From NCBI GenBank assembly GCA_030704615.1, contig CM060733.1:11036001-11100000 (forward strand): a stretch of 64,000 nt of DNA. The letters are read 5' to 3'. The position numbers and the translations under genes are program-made. Origin of the DNA: Takakia lepidozioides. Lineage: Eukaryota > Plantae > Bryophyta. The notes under the pieces were generated by a model, which saw nothing but the letters and a program-made list of their open reading frames with translations, ran no database searches and was not told the origin of the DNA. How positions within the stretch are numbered: position 1 is the first letter of the stretch; each line of letters opens with the position of its first letter. Below are positions 24,901 through 37,400 of this stretch, piece after piece.

Positions 24901-27900
24901 ACAAACGGACAGAAACTACCTTTGTCAGGGGCTGACGCTGGTAGTATGACTTAACTTGGAGCAGACAATTGCTCCCTGTTTACCAAATATCCTCTGGAGA
25001 GATTGTACTCATAAGACGTTGTTTGCCGTAGCCTTGTGGCCATTGACCCCGCGCCCAGTTTGAGCGAGAACAAAAGGGACAGAACCTACCTCTGTCAGGG
25101 GCTGACGTTGGTAGTGTGACTTACCATCATATATAGAATTAATCCGGGTTTTCCAGATATCCTCTAGAAATCCCTTCACACAAGCATCAATCTGCTGTGT
25201 GTGATTTGCCCAAAAACTAGGCCTCAGGAGGGCCTGGGCTTTTGGCTCAGCCTCGAGACTTTCAAAATTGTTAAACAGGGGAACAGGCACAATTCCCTTG
25301 ATAGAGTTGAAGAGAGCGTCTCTCTGGTGAGAGAACCCCGGACAGTGTATCAGAAAGTGAATACTGTCTTCAGATTGCCCACACAGCGGGCAATTGCACT
25401 CTCCCTTTCCTCTCTGCTTCTGTTTGCTGTTCAAAGGTAGGCTTCCTGCCCTGAGTTTAAATTTCAGTCTAGTGCCGAGAGTGGGTAGACCCTTGAGGTC
25501 ATCCAAGATGTCCTCCCCCATGTCACTGACTGGAAACAAGTTCAGGGAAGTTTTCTGCCTAACTTCATTTTCATCAGACAATCTCATGGCAACAGACATG
25601 GCTGAGGACACTACAGCCTCTAAGTCAGATTTATCCAGCAGGGTCAAGGCTTGCGGATCCAGGTCCAGGTCCTTGAGAATCTCTTCTACTCTCTTCTGCC
25701 AGGACTTAGCCTGTTTGACAGGGCGGTCCTGTTTCCAAGATATAGAGTCGATTAACTTAGGATATCTGGTGTTGGGCATATGTTGCAGCTGACCCCACCA
25801 TCTGACCTTGAATTCATCTCGTCGGGAGCTTAAGGACGGAATGCCAAACTCACCCCGAACAGCCACATTGGCTGTTTTGGAGCATGCTGACATACACTCC
25901 TTAAGCACCCCCACTTGAATGGATTCTAGAGACTTAGCCTGGTTGGAGTTATCAACCCATATAGCAGATCCGTACTCCAAGGCAGGTCTAATAACGCGAC
26001 AAAGCATGGTTTTCTTAACCTCAGATTTGACCCCTCTGCAGTGGAAAAATTTAGTGAGCCCCAGAGCTTTGCCCTTGCCAGTTTGAACAACTTTCCGGAT
26101 ATGTGCATCCCAATTACAATTGGAGGAAAACTCAACGCCCAGGTAAGTGTAGGAAGGGAGGACCGGGATCTCTTGGCTACCCCACTGCCACTTAAGATCA
26201 CTTCCTCCCTCTCCTCTGTCGTTGAATGCCACCACTGCACATTTGCTGACATTAGCCTCTAGCCCCCAAAGATCAAAGTATCTATTCGCACAATCAATCA
26301 ACTCCTGGAGATTGGTTGGAGTCTCCACTATGCCTGCGAAGTCATCCGCAAACATAAGGGCTGGTATGGTGGTATCACCCACCCTTAACCCAAATCCCTC
26401 ACTTTCCACATCCTCGAGGAGTTGATTGATGAAAACATTGAAGAGCAGAGGGGAGAGAGTACATCCTTGAGCTACACCTTGGTCTATGTCAAAGAAGTTG
26501 GACTTCTGTCCGTTAACAGTGTCACAGCTTTTGGTGTGAGCATACAAGTTGTGGACAACTCTCCACATCTTTCCCTTGATCCCACAAGACCAGAGGCGGA
26601 ACCATAGGCCATCTCTCCACACTGTGTCATAAGCCTTTTTGACATCCAGGAAAAAAACATAAGTGGGTTTCCCTTCTTTTTTCCTTCCCTGGATAATCTG
26701 GCTTAGAGTGAAGATATGATCCACACAGCCCCTGTTTTGCCGAAAGCCAGCTTGGCCTTCGTGGAAACAACCTCTAGACTCCAGATCAACCTCGAGACGA
26801 GTACTTATAACTCTGCAGAATGTCTTGCCAACAGCATTGAGGAGCGTGATGCCACGGTAGTTCCCCGGTTCTTCTCTGTCACCCTTCTTGTATAGATTGA
26901 CAATGACCCCCTGTCGCCAGCGAAAGGGGATCATTTCAGTCGTCCAGATAAGGCCTCTATCATGGGATCGCCACCGTGCTTGATAAGCTCGTTGACAATA
27001 CCATCAGGTCCACCAGCTTTATATCCATTTAAATGTTCAATTGCTTCCACAATCTCAGAAGAACTAATGGGAGCATTATAAGCCATTGAAATATTCTCCA
27101 GTTCATCAGGGCTGTTTTGAATCATAGGAACAGTTTTTCCAACTGTGTCCCTCCATTCAGCAGAAGACCCCTCACTGTTAGACCTAGAAGTTCTGCTAAG
27201 GATACTGTAGTGAGTTTCAAAGGTTTTGACAATGTCAACCGATGAAGTCACCACTGCACCTTTAGTAGTCTTCAGCGCTTGTACTTGCTGACCGTTTTTC
27301 GGCTTGTACAAACGTTGAAGGGCCAACCAGAATTTCTTGTCATTACCACCATGGTGGTTTGAGTTTATTTCACTGTATAACTTGTCCCAGTATAATTTCT
27401 TCTGAGACCTAACAAGCTGATTGATATCTTTACGGAGCTGGTAGTACCTCGCCCACAATTCTCTGTTGGTTTCCAAATTGCAGCACTCTTTATAGAGGGC
27501 TCGTCTCTCAGCTATCTTGAGTTTAATCTCATTGGTCCACCAATTAACTGCTCTACCGCAGACAATTAGTTTCCTCCCAATGATCTTGTCAGCCACGGAG
27601 GAAACGAAACTCTCCCAAGAGTCTACTGCTCTTTCGACTTCATTTCTTGTGTTAACAGAGCGTGACTGAAGTTCTTGGAGCGATTGGACAAAATGAGGGA
27701 GAGCCTCTTGCAAGGCCTGGACGTACTCAGCCTTGACCTCCTCATTGTGGAATTTTTCTATGCACCACTTCCGAATCGAACGTTTCACAGATCTCTTGGT
27801 GGTGGGAAAACACCTTTTGATCTCAGTCCAAACCAGGAAGTGGTCAGAGGTACCAATATCAGTTCTGTCGATCAACACATTGGCACACTGGGGGAACAAA

Positions 27901-30900
27901 ATTTTGTCCATTATGATATAGTCCACAATGGAACGTTCCCCAGTTTGGGATTTCTCACGAGTCCACTGCACTTGGTCACCTCTTGTCCTGTTATTCAAGG
28001 TCAAAAGCTGAAGCTCTTCTAGACAGTTAATTAACCGTCTGCCATTAGAATTCAGCTCATCCTCACCAAAAGGTCCAATGATATCGTCCTGATGGATCCC
28101 TTTGCCCACCCGGGCATTGAAGTCCCCCAATAGTATCACCTGACCTTTGGCAAGGAACGAAGCACAGTCCAGCTTTACATCTTCGAAGGCTTTGTCTGCG
28201 TCAGCACTAAGGGTCCCCTCTGTGGGCATGTAAACACAACCCACAAAGAGGTCCTTTGTACTCATGCTGCCCTTCAGATTCAGTTTTAGCCAGATACTAT
28301 GCTCGTACCTCAAACCCTTGTTGATAATTTCACAATTGTCAAACAAGAAATCACGGACAAAGAATCCAACCCCTTTTTGACCGCGTTTGGCAGAGGCTGC
28401 CTTAAGAGTACACATCTTACCTGCCCATTTATAACCATTGACATCTCCAACCAGTTTATCCGACGTTTCCCATGTTTCTTGCCCAGCACAGATATGAATA
28501 TCATTAGTCCGAAGAACTTGTCCCACTTCGAGTTGTTTCCTTTGGTTGGTCAACCCTGAGAAGTTGAAGTGGCCAGCCGCAAGCCAGCCCTTTGCATGTG
28601 AATTGTTTGTCGTCTAGGTAGCTTGTGATTGCTCCTGGACGGCCAACCGTTCTGCAAAGGGGGGACAGTTACCCCATGTGTAGATTTTGCTCGTCTTGTG
28701 TAAACTTTGAGAATTGGTAAACCATTCAGGGTACCAAATCTTTCAGTTACACGACGCACAGGCTCCGCACACATAGGGGCAGATTGTCCGTCAGACTGCT
28801 TGGGGACAATTACCCCGTGTATAGATTTTGCTCGTCTTGTGTAGACTTTGAGGATTGGTAAACCATTTAGAGTACCAAATCCTTCAGTTACACGACGTTC
28901 AGGCTCTGCACACTTCGGGACAGATTATCCATCTGACGGCTTGGGGACAATTACCCCGTGTATAGAATTTGTTCGTCTTGTGTAAACCTTGAGGATTGGT
29001 AAACCATTCAGAGTATCCTCTAGAGAGAGAGAGAGAAAGAGAGAGAGAGAGCAGTTACCAGCATGCTAAAGGGGGAGTGAAGATCGCCAACAGGAGGGGG
29101 CACATGCTGCACAATGGCATCCATGAGTGGTGCCATACTGCAGTCCTCACCCCCACCTTTGGTGAAGGTGCGTGAGACCCACCCCTCCTTGGCTGATGCA
29201 TACAACACTGGGAATTCCAGTTGCTCATCTGCAGAAATTGCCTCCTTGTCACACACCATTGTACACCTGCTTGTCCACTTCAAACTCAAGGCGAAACCGG
29301 CCAAGGAAATGAAAAATGGGGAGGAGACAAGGATGCACAGTTATCCCACATAAAAAGAGACAATTTGGGTTTTAGGTTAACTACAGACAAAAGAGGGATG
29401 GCTACAAGAAAAATGAGCAAGGACAACAGCTATTCCCCAATGTTAGGATCATGTTAGCCACACAAAAGAATTTGAAGGGAAGAATACCTGTTGCTCCCAG
29501 ATTTGCAAAAAGATCAAAAACTAGACTTTCCACCTCCCCACACCTTTGTTCTGTGACTGCAAGAGAAGTCAATTGTTGTTAGCAAGAGCACAGTCCCCTC
29601 TCTCCACATTAGGACAATCAGAGATGCCTTGCGGCATTTACATGTAGCTATTCCAATTATGGAATCATTCGAGGCAGAATCGTCGTTTTACAGTTGTGGA
29701 GGCTGATTATTGGGGGGCCCAATCTTCTGTTCTCTGTCCTCTCTCTTTGTCCTCTAAGCTCTTTTTGAGCTTTCTGTGGATGTTAGAAGGTTCCTTTCTT
29801 TCTCTCTGCTTCAAACCGAGGCCATCGTCCAGTTTGCAATCTTTCTTACAAGCTTACATGCCCTTCCACCCAAAGGGTTCCCAGGCCCTCACAACATCTA
29901 TCAGGCTCAAAGCTCCTGGCATGCCAGCTTTTTTTAGCACAGTAGACTCTGTTGCCTCCCTACTGCCACAAAATATGGAGGGGGTGGAAATTGAGTCCAA
30001 GTAGGACTGCAATGGATGCATCAGACGAGAATTTATGTAACTTCCTGTCAGCTCGACATGGAACTGACCAATCTTTACAACAAAACTGCACTTTGGAGAT
30101 TCAATTCTCTATTCCGTGATACCTAATCTCTCACCTGCACGAGGCATTGACTCTCAGACAATCCCTTGAGCAATAGTTGCTATTGGGCTGCTTGTGGAAG
30201 GCCCTTCTTTCTTGTTCCTTGCTCTCTCTCTCTCTCTCTCTTTTGGATATTTTCATATAGCTACACCTCATATAGCTTTGAAATTAAAAAAGGAGAACCC
30301 ATGCGTTACCATAGCGGCCGTAACTTGAACAACAGAATGACAAGTTTATGTACCAGCAGGGCGGTCAACCTTGTTGAGAAGCAGGATGGGCCGGAGGCCA
30401 AGATTCAGAGCCTTGGCCACAACAAACTTGGTCTGCGCTAGTGGCCCTTCCCCAGCATCCACCACCAATACTGTCCCCTCCACCATGCCAACCACTCTCT
30501 CCACCTGCCCTCAAATATCCAGCACATGTCCGTGTTGATTTCTCTCATGAAAAAGACGGTCCATGTCTGTCTCTCTATCTCTCCTTATACATGCAACTTG
30601 AACCACATCATAGGTTGGAATGAGAACAGAGGACACAACTTTAAATTGGTGATTTCAAACTAGGTGGGATTTGCTTATTGACCTCTCTCTCTCTCTCTTT
30701 TATCTTCCCGCTCAAACTGGGCGCAGGGTCAATGGCCACAAGGCTACGGCAAACAACGTCTTATGAGTACGATCTCTCTCCTTTATCTTGGGTAGAATGT
30801 TTCAGGTGGAATAAAGTAAGTTTTTCCTTTAAATGTCCTAAAGATGACAAATAGACACTTGCTGCAAACTCATTCCTTGGCCAGGGCCTTCTTGGATTAT

Positions 30901-32920
30901 TGAATGTGCTGGTTTGAATTTAGGGTTTCAGAACCCTTACCCTGCAATTTAGTACTCATTTACAAGAGTTGTCTGAGTACAAATGGCAGCTACCTGAAAC
31001 TACAGGCAAAGTGTCGGGCACACCGCTCACCGAGCTTTGCCTTCAAGAGATTTTCAATAGGGCTGCGACCAGCAAGGTTTAAGCGCAACCTTGCCTTGTA
31101 TTGGTCGAGCTCCCTATGCAGTTATAGGAAGCCATGGCTCATTTGTGGACACAAACAGGAAGTTACACTCAGCCCTTACACTCAGCCCTTCTTTGCAATT
31201 ACTTCCTGTTGCGTGAACGTATATGCGCAACATCATAGACTGGTCTGCCTCAAACTTTCAAGGTTCTGTGCAATGTCACGCCTTTACTACTTCTCTTGCA
31301 ATCTTTCACTAGCTTAGATCTGCATGTTGGACAGTGATAGCAACCGTGAAGACCTGCTACTCATCTCGCGCATCCTCACTAACACGCATGCTGTTGGATG
31401 TGGTGGTTTATGCGAGGGGCGCAGGTGAGGGTCCTTCACCCTTCATGGGTCTCTAAGCTATATGTGTAAGTTTTGCTACAGAGCACATTGAATAGATGAT
31501 GCAAATCACCTATTGCTTGAGGCAGCCACTGCCTAGGATAAATAGTACAACGCTTGACGACAGCCTCATGTGTCTGTGAGGGAATATTTTACGGAAGTAA
31601 TTTACCCTTGGATCTGATACAAGAGGGTTCGGAAGACACGCTTGACTTGGGTCAATCTCAGTTTACAGCCCAGCTGAGTGGTTTCATTCTGAATACTGTG
31701 TTTGTTTTGTTTTAAGACATGGTGGTACATCCCATTCGGGCTATGGTGGAAGACTTGGATTTGTCTCAGTTTTGAGACAAATCAGAGAATGATTTTCAGA
31801 GAAGTATTTGTGTTGACACTACTTTGATGAAAATGAATTATCCTCATAGAGAAGTACTATGCTCAGACATTTACTGTGGGCATAGATCTCTAAGGTTTTA
31901 AGCAAGGACAAAACAAGCCCTATCTCTCTCCACATATATGCGCCTTGCACGAGATCACACTAGTTAGCAGGTAGGATTTGCAAGATTTTGATTGGGTAGG
32001 GCCCAGGGAAAACATAAAGGAAAGGTGCTTGTACCTCTCCACCAAAGTCAGCATGACCAGGTGTATCCACTACATTTAGCTCCACTCCCTTCCAAGAAAC
32101 GGATGTATACTGCATGCATGAATTTGTGTCAAAACTCACTCTCCCACCCTACCTTCTATCACTTGTGCAAGTCTCTCTTCCTCTGCATACATGCACAAAT
32201 TTGAACCAAGGCTGTGAAAGCGAAGATTCCAATTTTGCATCTGCTTATCAAAGTACTACAAACACAAACAACAAAGCATTTGTCTCGGAGTTTAGAGCCT
32301 TTATAAGCTCAGAGAACACCGACATTTAAAGAATTGCATAGTCCACTCAGGAAAAGATAAGAAATGGAGACAGAACATACAGCTATCACCATGAATATTG
32401 ACAAGACTAACAGGCACAATGTATGCTGGCACACGTTTTTTCAGCTGAAATTTTCTGTGAATTTCACATACACCTATTTAATCTCATCTACTCTAAACCC
32501 TCCACAGCTGAATTTGAATCCTGAATACAATAAAACCCATCGTAATCCTCCATTCTCGGTACACCTCAAAAGCTGAATTTGTGGAAATGACAAGTATGTG
32601 ACCTTAGAAGCAATAGTGATGCCACGCTCGCGCTCCAAAGTGATGGAGTCCATAGCACGATCGCGAGACACTGCGGCACCACATTGCTTCAGAATCCGGT
32701 CTAGCAGCGTTGTTTTTCCATGATCAACGTGCGCTATAATGGCCACATTCCGAATAGCGGACGGAGCCACTACACTGTCGACCAGGGAAGAGTCCACCTC
32801 CGGTGCCACCACCGACAACCCTCTCTCTGCCCCCCACCAGGATCTGCTCCGCAACTGAGAGCTTCCATGGACAAGCCGGCGGGCGGCCATCCAGGCATGC
32901 CTCCCAGGAGGCCCAGGCAT
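18906..32920 (-). CDS. TypA: TypA/BipA translational GTPase, mitochondrial-type, ~19 exons
   Basis: Presequence-like N-terminus; [29 protein letters not shown] (exon 32603-32920); [13 protein letters not shown]; LLNKVDRP; [12 protein letters not shown]; [12 protein letters not shown]; LEPIEEV; GLVGYRSVF; [15 protein letters not shown]; [14 protein letters not shown]...KKED*; exons GT-AG bounded. Confidence 0.95.
24735..24810 (-). mobile_element. ~70-nt 3'-terminal copy of the TC-targeting LINE (third element in the stack)
   Basis: CCGCCCAAACTGGGTGCGGGGTCTATGGCCACAAGGCTACGGCAAACAACGTCTTATGAGTAC followed by a (TC)n tail. Confidence 0.9.
24830..24982 (-). mobile_element. Older 5'-truncated (~150-nt) copy of the same LINE (second element in the stack)
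   Basis: Diverged match to the LINE C-terminus EDIW...YQRQPLT...KNVL*. Confidence 0.88.
25001..29014 (-). mobile_element. Near-full-length LINE (APE-RT-Cys/His ORF; RTEX/L2-like) in a TypA intron, 5'-truncated
   Basis: APE: [23 protein letters not shown]: [35 protein letters not shown]-terminal [16 protein letters not shown]. Frameshifts at ~28565 and ~26950 (19-nt deletion). TSD TATCCTCT(G/A)GAGAGA; (GA)n tract at 29022-29051. Confidence 0.95.
28660..29014 (-). repeat. 141-bp (47-codon) tandem repeat, ~2.5 copies, upstream of the LINE APE domain
   Basis: ACCCC(A/G)TG at 28671, 28812 and 28953; translates as repeated [14 protein letters not shown]. Confidence 0.9.
30707..30773 (+). mobile_element. 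~67-nt 3'-terminal LINE copy inserted at a (CT)n tract with a 16-bp TSD
   Basis: CTCTCTC(T/C)TTTATCTT at 30691-30706 and 30774-30789 flanks CCCGCTCAAACTGGGCG...GTCTTATGAGTACGAT. Confidence 0.92.
30920..31690 (+). ncRNA. Candidate large structured RNA, antisense within TypA intron 2; family not identified
   Basis: More than 10 nested complementary stems; G-U pairs favour the + strand; GNRA loops (TGAT-GCAA-ATCA, TTAC-GGAA-GTAA). Confidence 0.45.
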
Positions 32921-33362
32921 TGTGTGCAACTGCACACATCTACCAGCGCCTCGGAAGCAAGGCCATGGATCAGATCCGACCCTTGTTGCTTCGTTGCTTC
33001 CCCTGTGCAGACAGGAAGAAGAGAGAGGTCGTCTCTCTCGTCTTCCGCACATTTTAGGGTTCAGGGTTTTAGTAGAAGTGATAAAACTCCTCACGAGGCC
33101 GTTTGCACGTTTGCACCCATCGATGTAACGTGAGTTAATTAATTAGTCGATGGTCTGCATGCCAAGTGGGGTCCCTTTGGTTGCATTTGTGGAGTAGTTT
33201 GGATAAACTTGCGGGTACTTTATGTTTTGGATTTATCCCATATCGTTTGCGCTGCACGTTCACACAAATTTCCCGCGTATTTCTTCCCTTCCTCTTCGTC
33301 TTCGTCTTCCTCTCTTTGTTGTGTGTGATTTGCAATGTCTCCGAGGAAACGGAAGGCCGGCG
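32921..33362. promoter_or_regulatory. Compact bidirectional promoter/5'UTR region shared by TypA and SNI1
   Basis: Divergent ATGs ~440 bp apart; telobox-like TTTTAGGGTTCAGGGTTTT at 33052; CT-rich leader toward SNI1. Confidence 0.6.
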
Positions 33363-34368
33363 ATGGAGCCTCTTCCCATAAGCGGCCGCCCCTGCCACCG
33401 GCCGCTACTAGAGTATGCTGCATCCCTTCTCGCTGTTATTAATTACTGATCTTTGTAGAGGAATTTCAAAAGCAGAGTGATCTTATCGCTTACTGGTTAC
33501 GGTTTGATTCTTAAGGGGGAGATTTTGAAGTCGCAGCTTAGGAATTGAGAGTGGAATTGGATGTGCATCTGCGAGTGTTGAACGTTTGAACGTTTGGAAT
33601 TGACGAAGGTTTAGGTGTTTATCTCGTGTAGTGTATTGCTTGTATGCTTTACAATTGTGCTGGGGGCGTGGTGGGTGGGTTGATTTGTTTGGTGAATGCA
33701 GCGCAACACTCGAAACGCAGGCCGCCAGCTCGAGGCTACGGTACTTACCCTGTCTTGTCGATAGTTCCCGCATATAGAAGCATGAATTGTGCTGCGTGTT
33801 TGATTGCTGCTGGTGTTGATGACGATGGCGCTTGTTGTAGACTGTCGTGGAGAGGAAGGACGAGATCCTCGTGTCACAACAGGAAATTTCGGGCAGCGCA
33901 CGATTGAGACGGAAGGAAGGGGAGGCGGGCACCCAGCGCAAGCGGATAGATCTATCGTTAGTTCATAATTTGCTAGCCATTGCTGATACTCACGGTGTCC
34001 AGGAGGCTGCTCATGTTGATGCCGACCGTATCCCTCCTGCTATTGAATATTGCATTCTACGAGGTCGGCTGTTTAGAGGCGACCTCGCGATAATTTTAAG
34101 AGGCCCGCCAAGTGTTCCTTCATTGTCAATTTGTCTGCCCATCATTTGCTTTTCTCTTTCTCCTTCACTTTCCATGCGAAATTAGAACCTCCAACTGTGT
34201 GTACATGTGCGAGAGAGAATGTACTCATGGGACGTAGGCCCCAATCCCAGTTGTGTGGAAACTTGGGGAGTAGACACTACCTTTGTGAGAGGCTCACTCC
34301 AATAGTGTGACTTACCTTTGTATAAACAGTTAGTTTGGGCTTTCCAGATAGTTTTCAAGAAATTTGGT

Positions 34369-34401
<33 letters not shown>

Positions 34402-37400
34402 GGGCCTTTTAAGGCCAAGAGGTGGTGGACACAACACTGGGAAAAGTTGGACTTGACTCTTCCACGACAGAACTGATGTTTTTGGAGACAGTGCGGGCTG
34501 TCTCTGTTGTGCCAGCTGTTGCAAGTGTTCCCTCAAAGTGAGTGTTTCTCTCCCATTTAGCTTTTGATCTTACATGTGCTTGCTCTCAATTAGACTTTTG
34601 AACATGTATGTGCAACTATGTCCTACTATTATTCTTGAAAGCAATTTATGATCTCAAAAGAAAGGGGGAAGCTCGTTTGGGGGCAGGGACATGTATGAGG
34701 CCATCCTTAAAGGCATACAGGTTTCACAGTCGCTGGAATTGACAGTGGCCAGTTTCCAGCTGCTCCATGACCTTGACCTGGTCTGTTATTATTTGCAAAA
34801 CCCTTGTTCACATTATGTTGGAATTTCCGTCTTATTTCACTCAGATTAGCTTTATGATTCCCTTGTTGTTTCTAATTACAATTTTTGTATTGAGTGGCAC
34901 AGAAGCATAGGCTGCACAAGGATGAGTAAGATGACGTATCAGCCTGTACTTATCAGTATATCATGGAACTGTAGGGTCGCATTCAATGTAACTATTCAAG
35001 CTGGTGGGGTTGTGCTGCAGCGTCATCCACATGTGACAGTTCGGGCCATTGAAGGGGCATCAGATAAAGGTGTACATTGGGAGCTTGTCAAGAACAAGGT
35101 AGCACCGGCCTTCAGCTTTGAAGGTTTGGAGAGTTTGCTTAAATTGCAAAGGATTAGCTGAAGTTGAGTAGAATCAGGCTTCTTATCTACGGCTATTGAA
35201 GGGTGGCAGGAAGAGGTGTGGTCACCATTTGACCAAACATTTCAGGAGTTTGAGGATATGGGGGGAGAAATGGCTGCGCGGGAAGGAAAGTTTGCGCTCA
35301 AAGTTCCAATGGTGATAACTGACTGCTCTCACATCTTATTGATTCAGGGGTGCTGTGTATGGTGAATTTTGGTGGCCAAAATATAATCGCAAAACTTTGA
35401 CTGTACGCTTTTCCACCAGTTTTGAGTAGCTAGCCATCCTCTGTTTGAATGTAAGTGGTGCCAGGGTTTGGACATTAAAGCGATATTTGTAGCGAAACAA
35501 TGTGACTGAGGGAGATGGATGGAGGGGTGTAGGATCTCTTCAGGCTGCTGGAGTGCATTGCTGATGATATGCATGGAAGTCAAGCCAAGGTTGTCAAGAA
35601 GAAGAAGGTTGCTCAGAAGAAGAAGGTTGCTCATGACGTCGACACCTCTGCTCAAGATGCAAGTGTAGTAAGTCACTCAAACTTATGTGGGCGGGACCTT
35701 GTTATCGGGGCAAATAATTCAGATAGGTTAAGGCAACAACAATGCTGAAACCCACATAGGAATCACAGTTGAAATTTGAAAAATGTGTGAAAATTGTGTT
35801 GAAGTATGTGTCTTCTTTCCTCCTTTCTGCATCTTGTCTTTTGTATGACAATTCTCTACACTTGCACCTGGGCATGTTGATTATTTTCTAACAATGTGAA
35901 GTTGTTCAATCACCTCATGAATTGTGAAGCAGCATGTTAATTTGGGCTGTGAGGGTCACGTTATCAAAGGCTGGCTTGTTGGTGTGGGGCAGAAGCCAGT
36001 GAGAGTCTTGATGCTGCGCTGGTTGGTTGGCCTTCTCCAGTTTGACTTGCAGTCACGATTGCGTGTTGTCCAAGGTCAGCACTTTGGAGATTTGTTTTCT
36101 AACTGCTAACTAACCAAGGGGTTTTTGCCTGCTCCACGGGACAACAATGACATTCTATGCAGTTCACTTCCATAAAATTAGAGGCCACTAGTATGTGCTT
36201 TACATGTCAGTAGATGGTTGGAAAAAGTAGGAATAAAACTCATTTGTCATTAGGGTGTTTTCTTCACTGTTATGTTCAGCATTTCGATACTTGATTAATA
36301 AACTGAAGAAGATATTAGACAGCTAGCTGGTTTGACTTTTATCACTCTTTCCACCATTATACCATTACAAAGCTTGCTCAAAGTTTGTGTGCAGTGACTT
36401 GCATTCACTTTCTCCCCATCTTCATTTTACTGGCCGTTTCTCCTGTAGAGTTTCATCAGAGGTTAACAGTTCATTTCTGAAGCCCAAATGTGGTTGGGCT
36501 AACTTCTTGATATTTCCACTATAAGTTTGGTGTTGTCCAGGAGACCTTAGCCAACTCTCTGTAGTGAAGGCATCCCTACTCCGACGACTTCTGGCGGTCA
36601 GTGTCACTTGTTCTCTTTGGAAATAAGCTTTCCTTATTTATCTGTTTTCCATGGGTGGAGAGAGTAGATGTGGGATAGGAAGATTGCTTTCCAAGGATGC
36701 AGTTGAGGTGATGATATGTGTAATGGTTTGTAGGCATAAACGATTAGGATGGACCCCTACGTGACTTCCTTGGCACTATTATTTCAGAGTCATGCATATG
36801 ACCTGAAAGCTAAAGTATGACCTCTTCTGGTCAAATGCCATTAAGGCGACGTGGGATGTTGTCATGTCAGGGGCCGTATTGTACAACCATCAAGCCATTT
36901 CTGGATAATTTGCTGCGCATCATAGCAGGGACAAGTGAGCTGTTAGAGGAGGAAGACACGGAGATGGATCTCATGGAACAGGATGGGCATGCTCAAGGAG
37001 TCAGCACCAGCTTAGGAACAGATTTTTGTACTTCAAAGCGTGATTGCAACTATCTCGCTCAGACTCTTCTTGGCATGGTATGATCCACTTAAGTTGCTGA
37101 GTATTTAGTTGCAAAGATGATTGCAGAATCACGTCTTTTGTTGAACTGAACTTAGTGTGTGGAAGGAAGGTGATGGAGCTGGACACTTACAAGGCATGGA
37201 GTGATGGCCGGCATGGGACAGAGCGGCAGGATAGTTCAGGGCAAGTATCTTTGTCTTGCCTCTAAAGCTGTGTTTATACATACAGATATGATGGATCCAT
37301 GGACATGTATGCAATAGATTTTGGACAGAGCAACTTGGTGTGCGGATGCCAATGTGATCGCAGAGGTGGATACCTGATACACACTGATTGTTGTCAGCAG

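Noticed and set aside
25201-28559. Antisense ORFs over the LINE (and the equivalents at 45249-48133)
   Set aside because: They are shadow frames of the RT ORF and recur only because the two copies are nearly identical.
28660-29014. Regularly spaced repeats as a CRISPR-like array
   Set aside because: The whole 141-bp unit is repeated with no unique spacers; it is coding sequence in a eukaryotic LINE.
29690-30240. Possible further LINE 3' remnants next to CT tracts
   Set aside because: The similarity is too weak to call by eye.
30918-30930. TTTAGGGTTT as a telomerase RNA template
   Set aside because: This is a common telobox motif. The C-rich template would lie on the strand opposite the folded RNA, and no matching USE/TATA promoter was seen.
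32921-33094. Upstream in-frame extension of TypA in the ORF track
   Set aside because: The ATG at 32920 gives a plausible presequence; the extension runs through telobox/UTR-like sequence.
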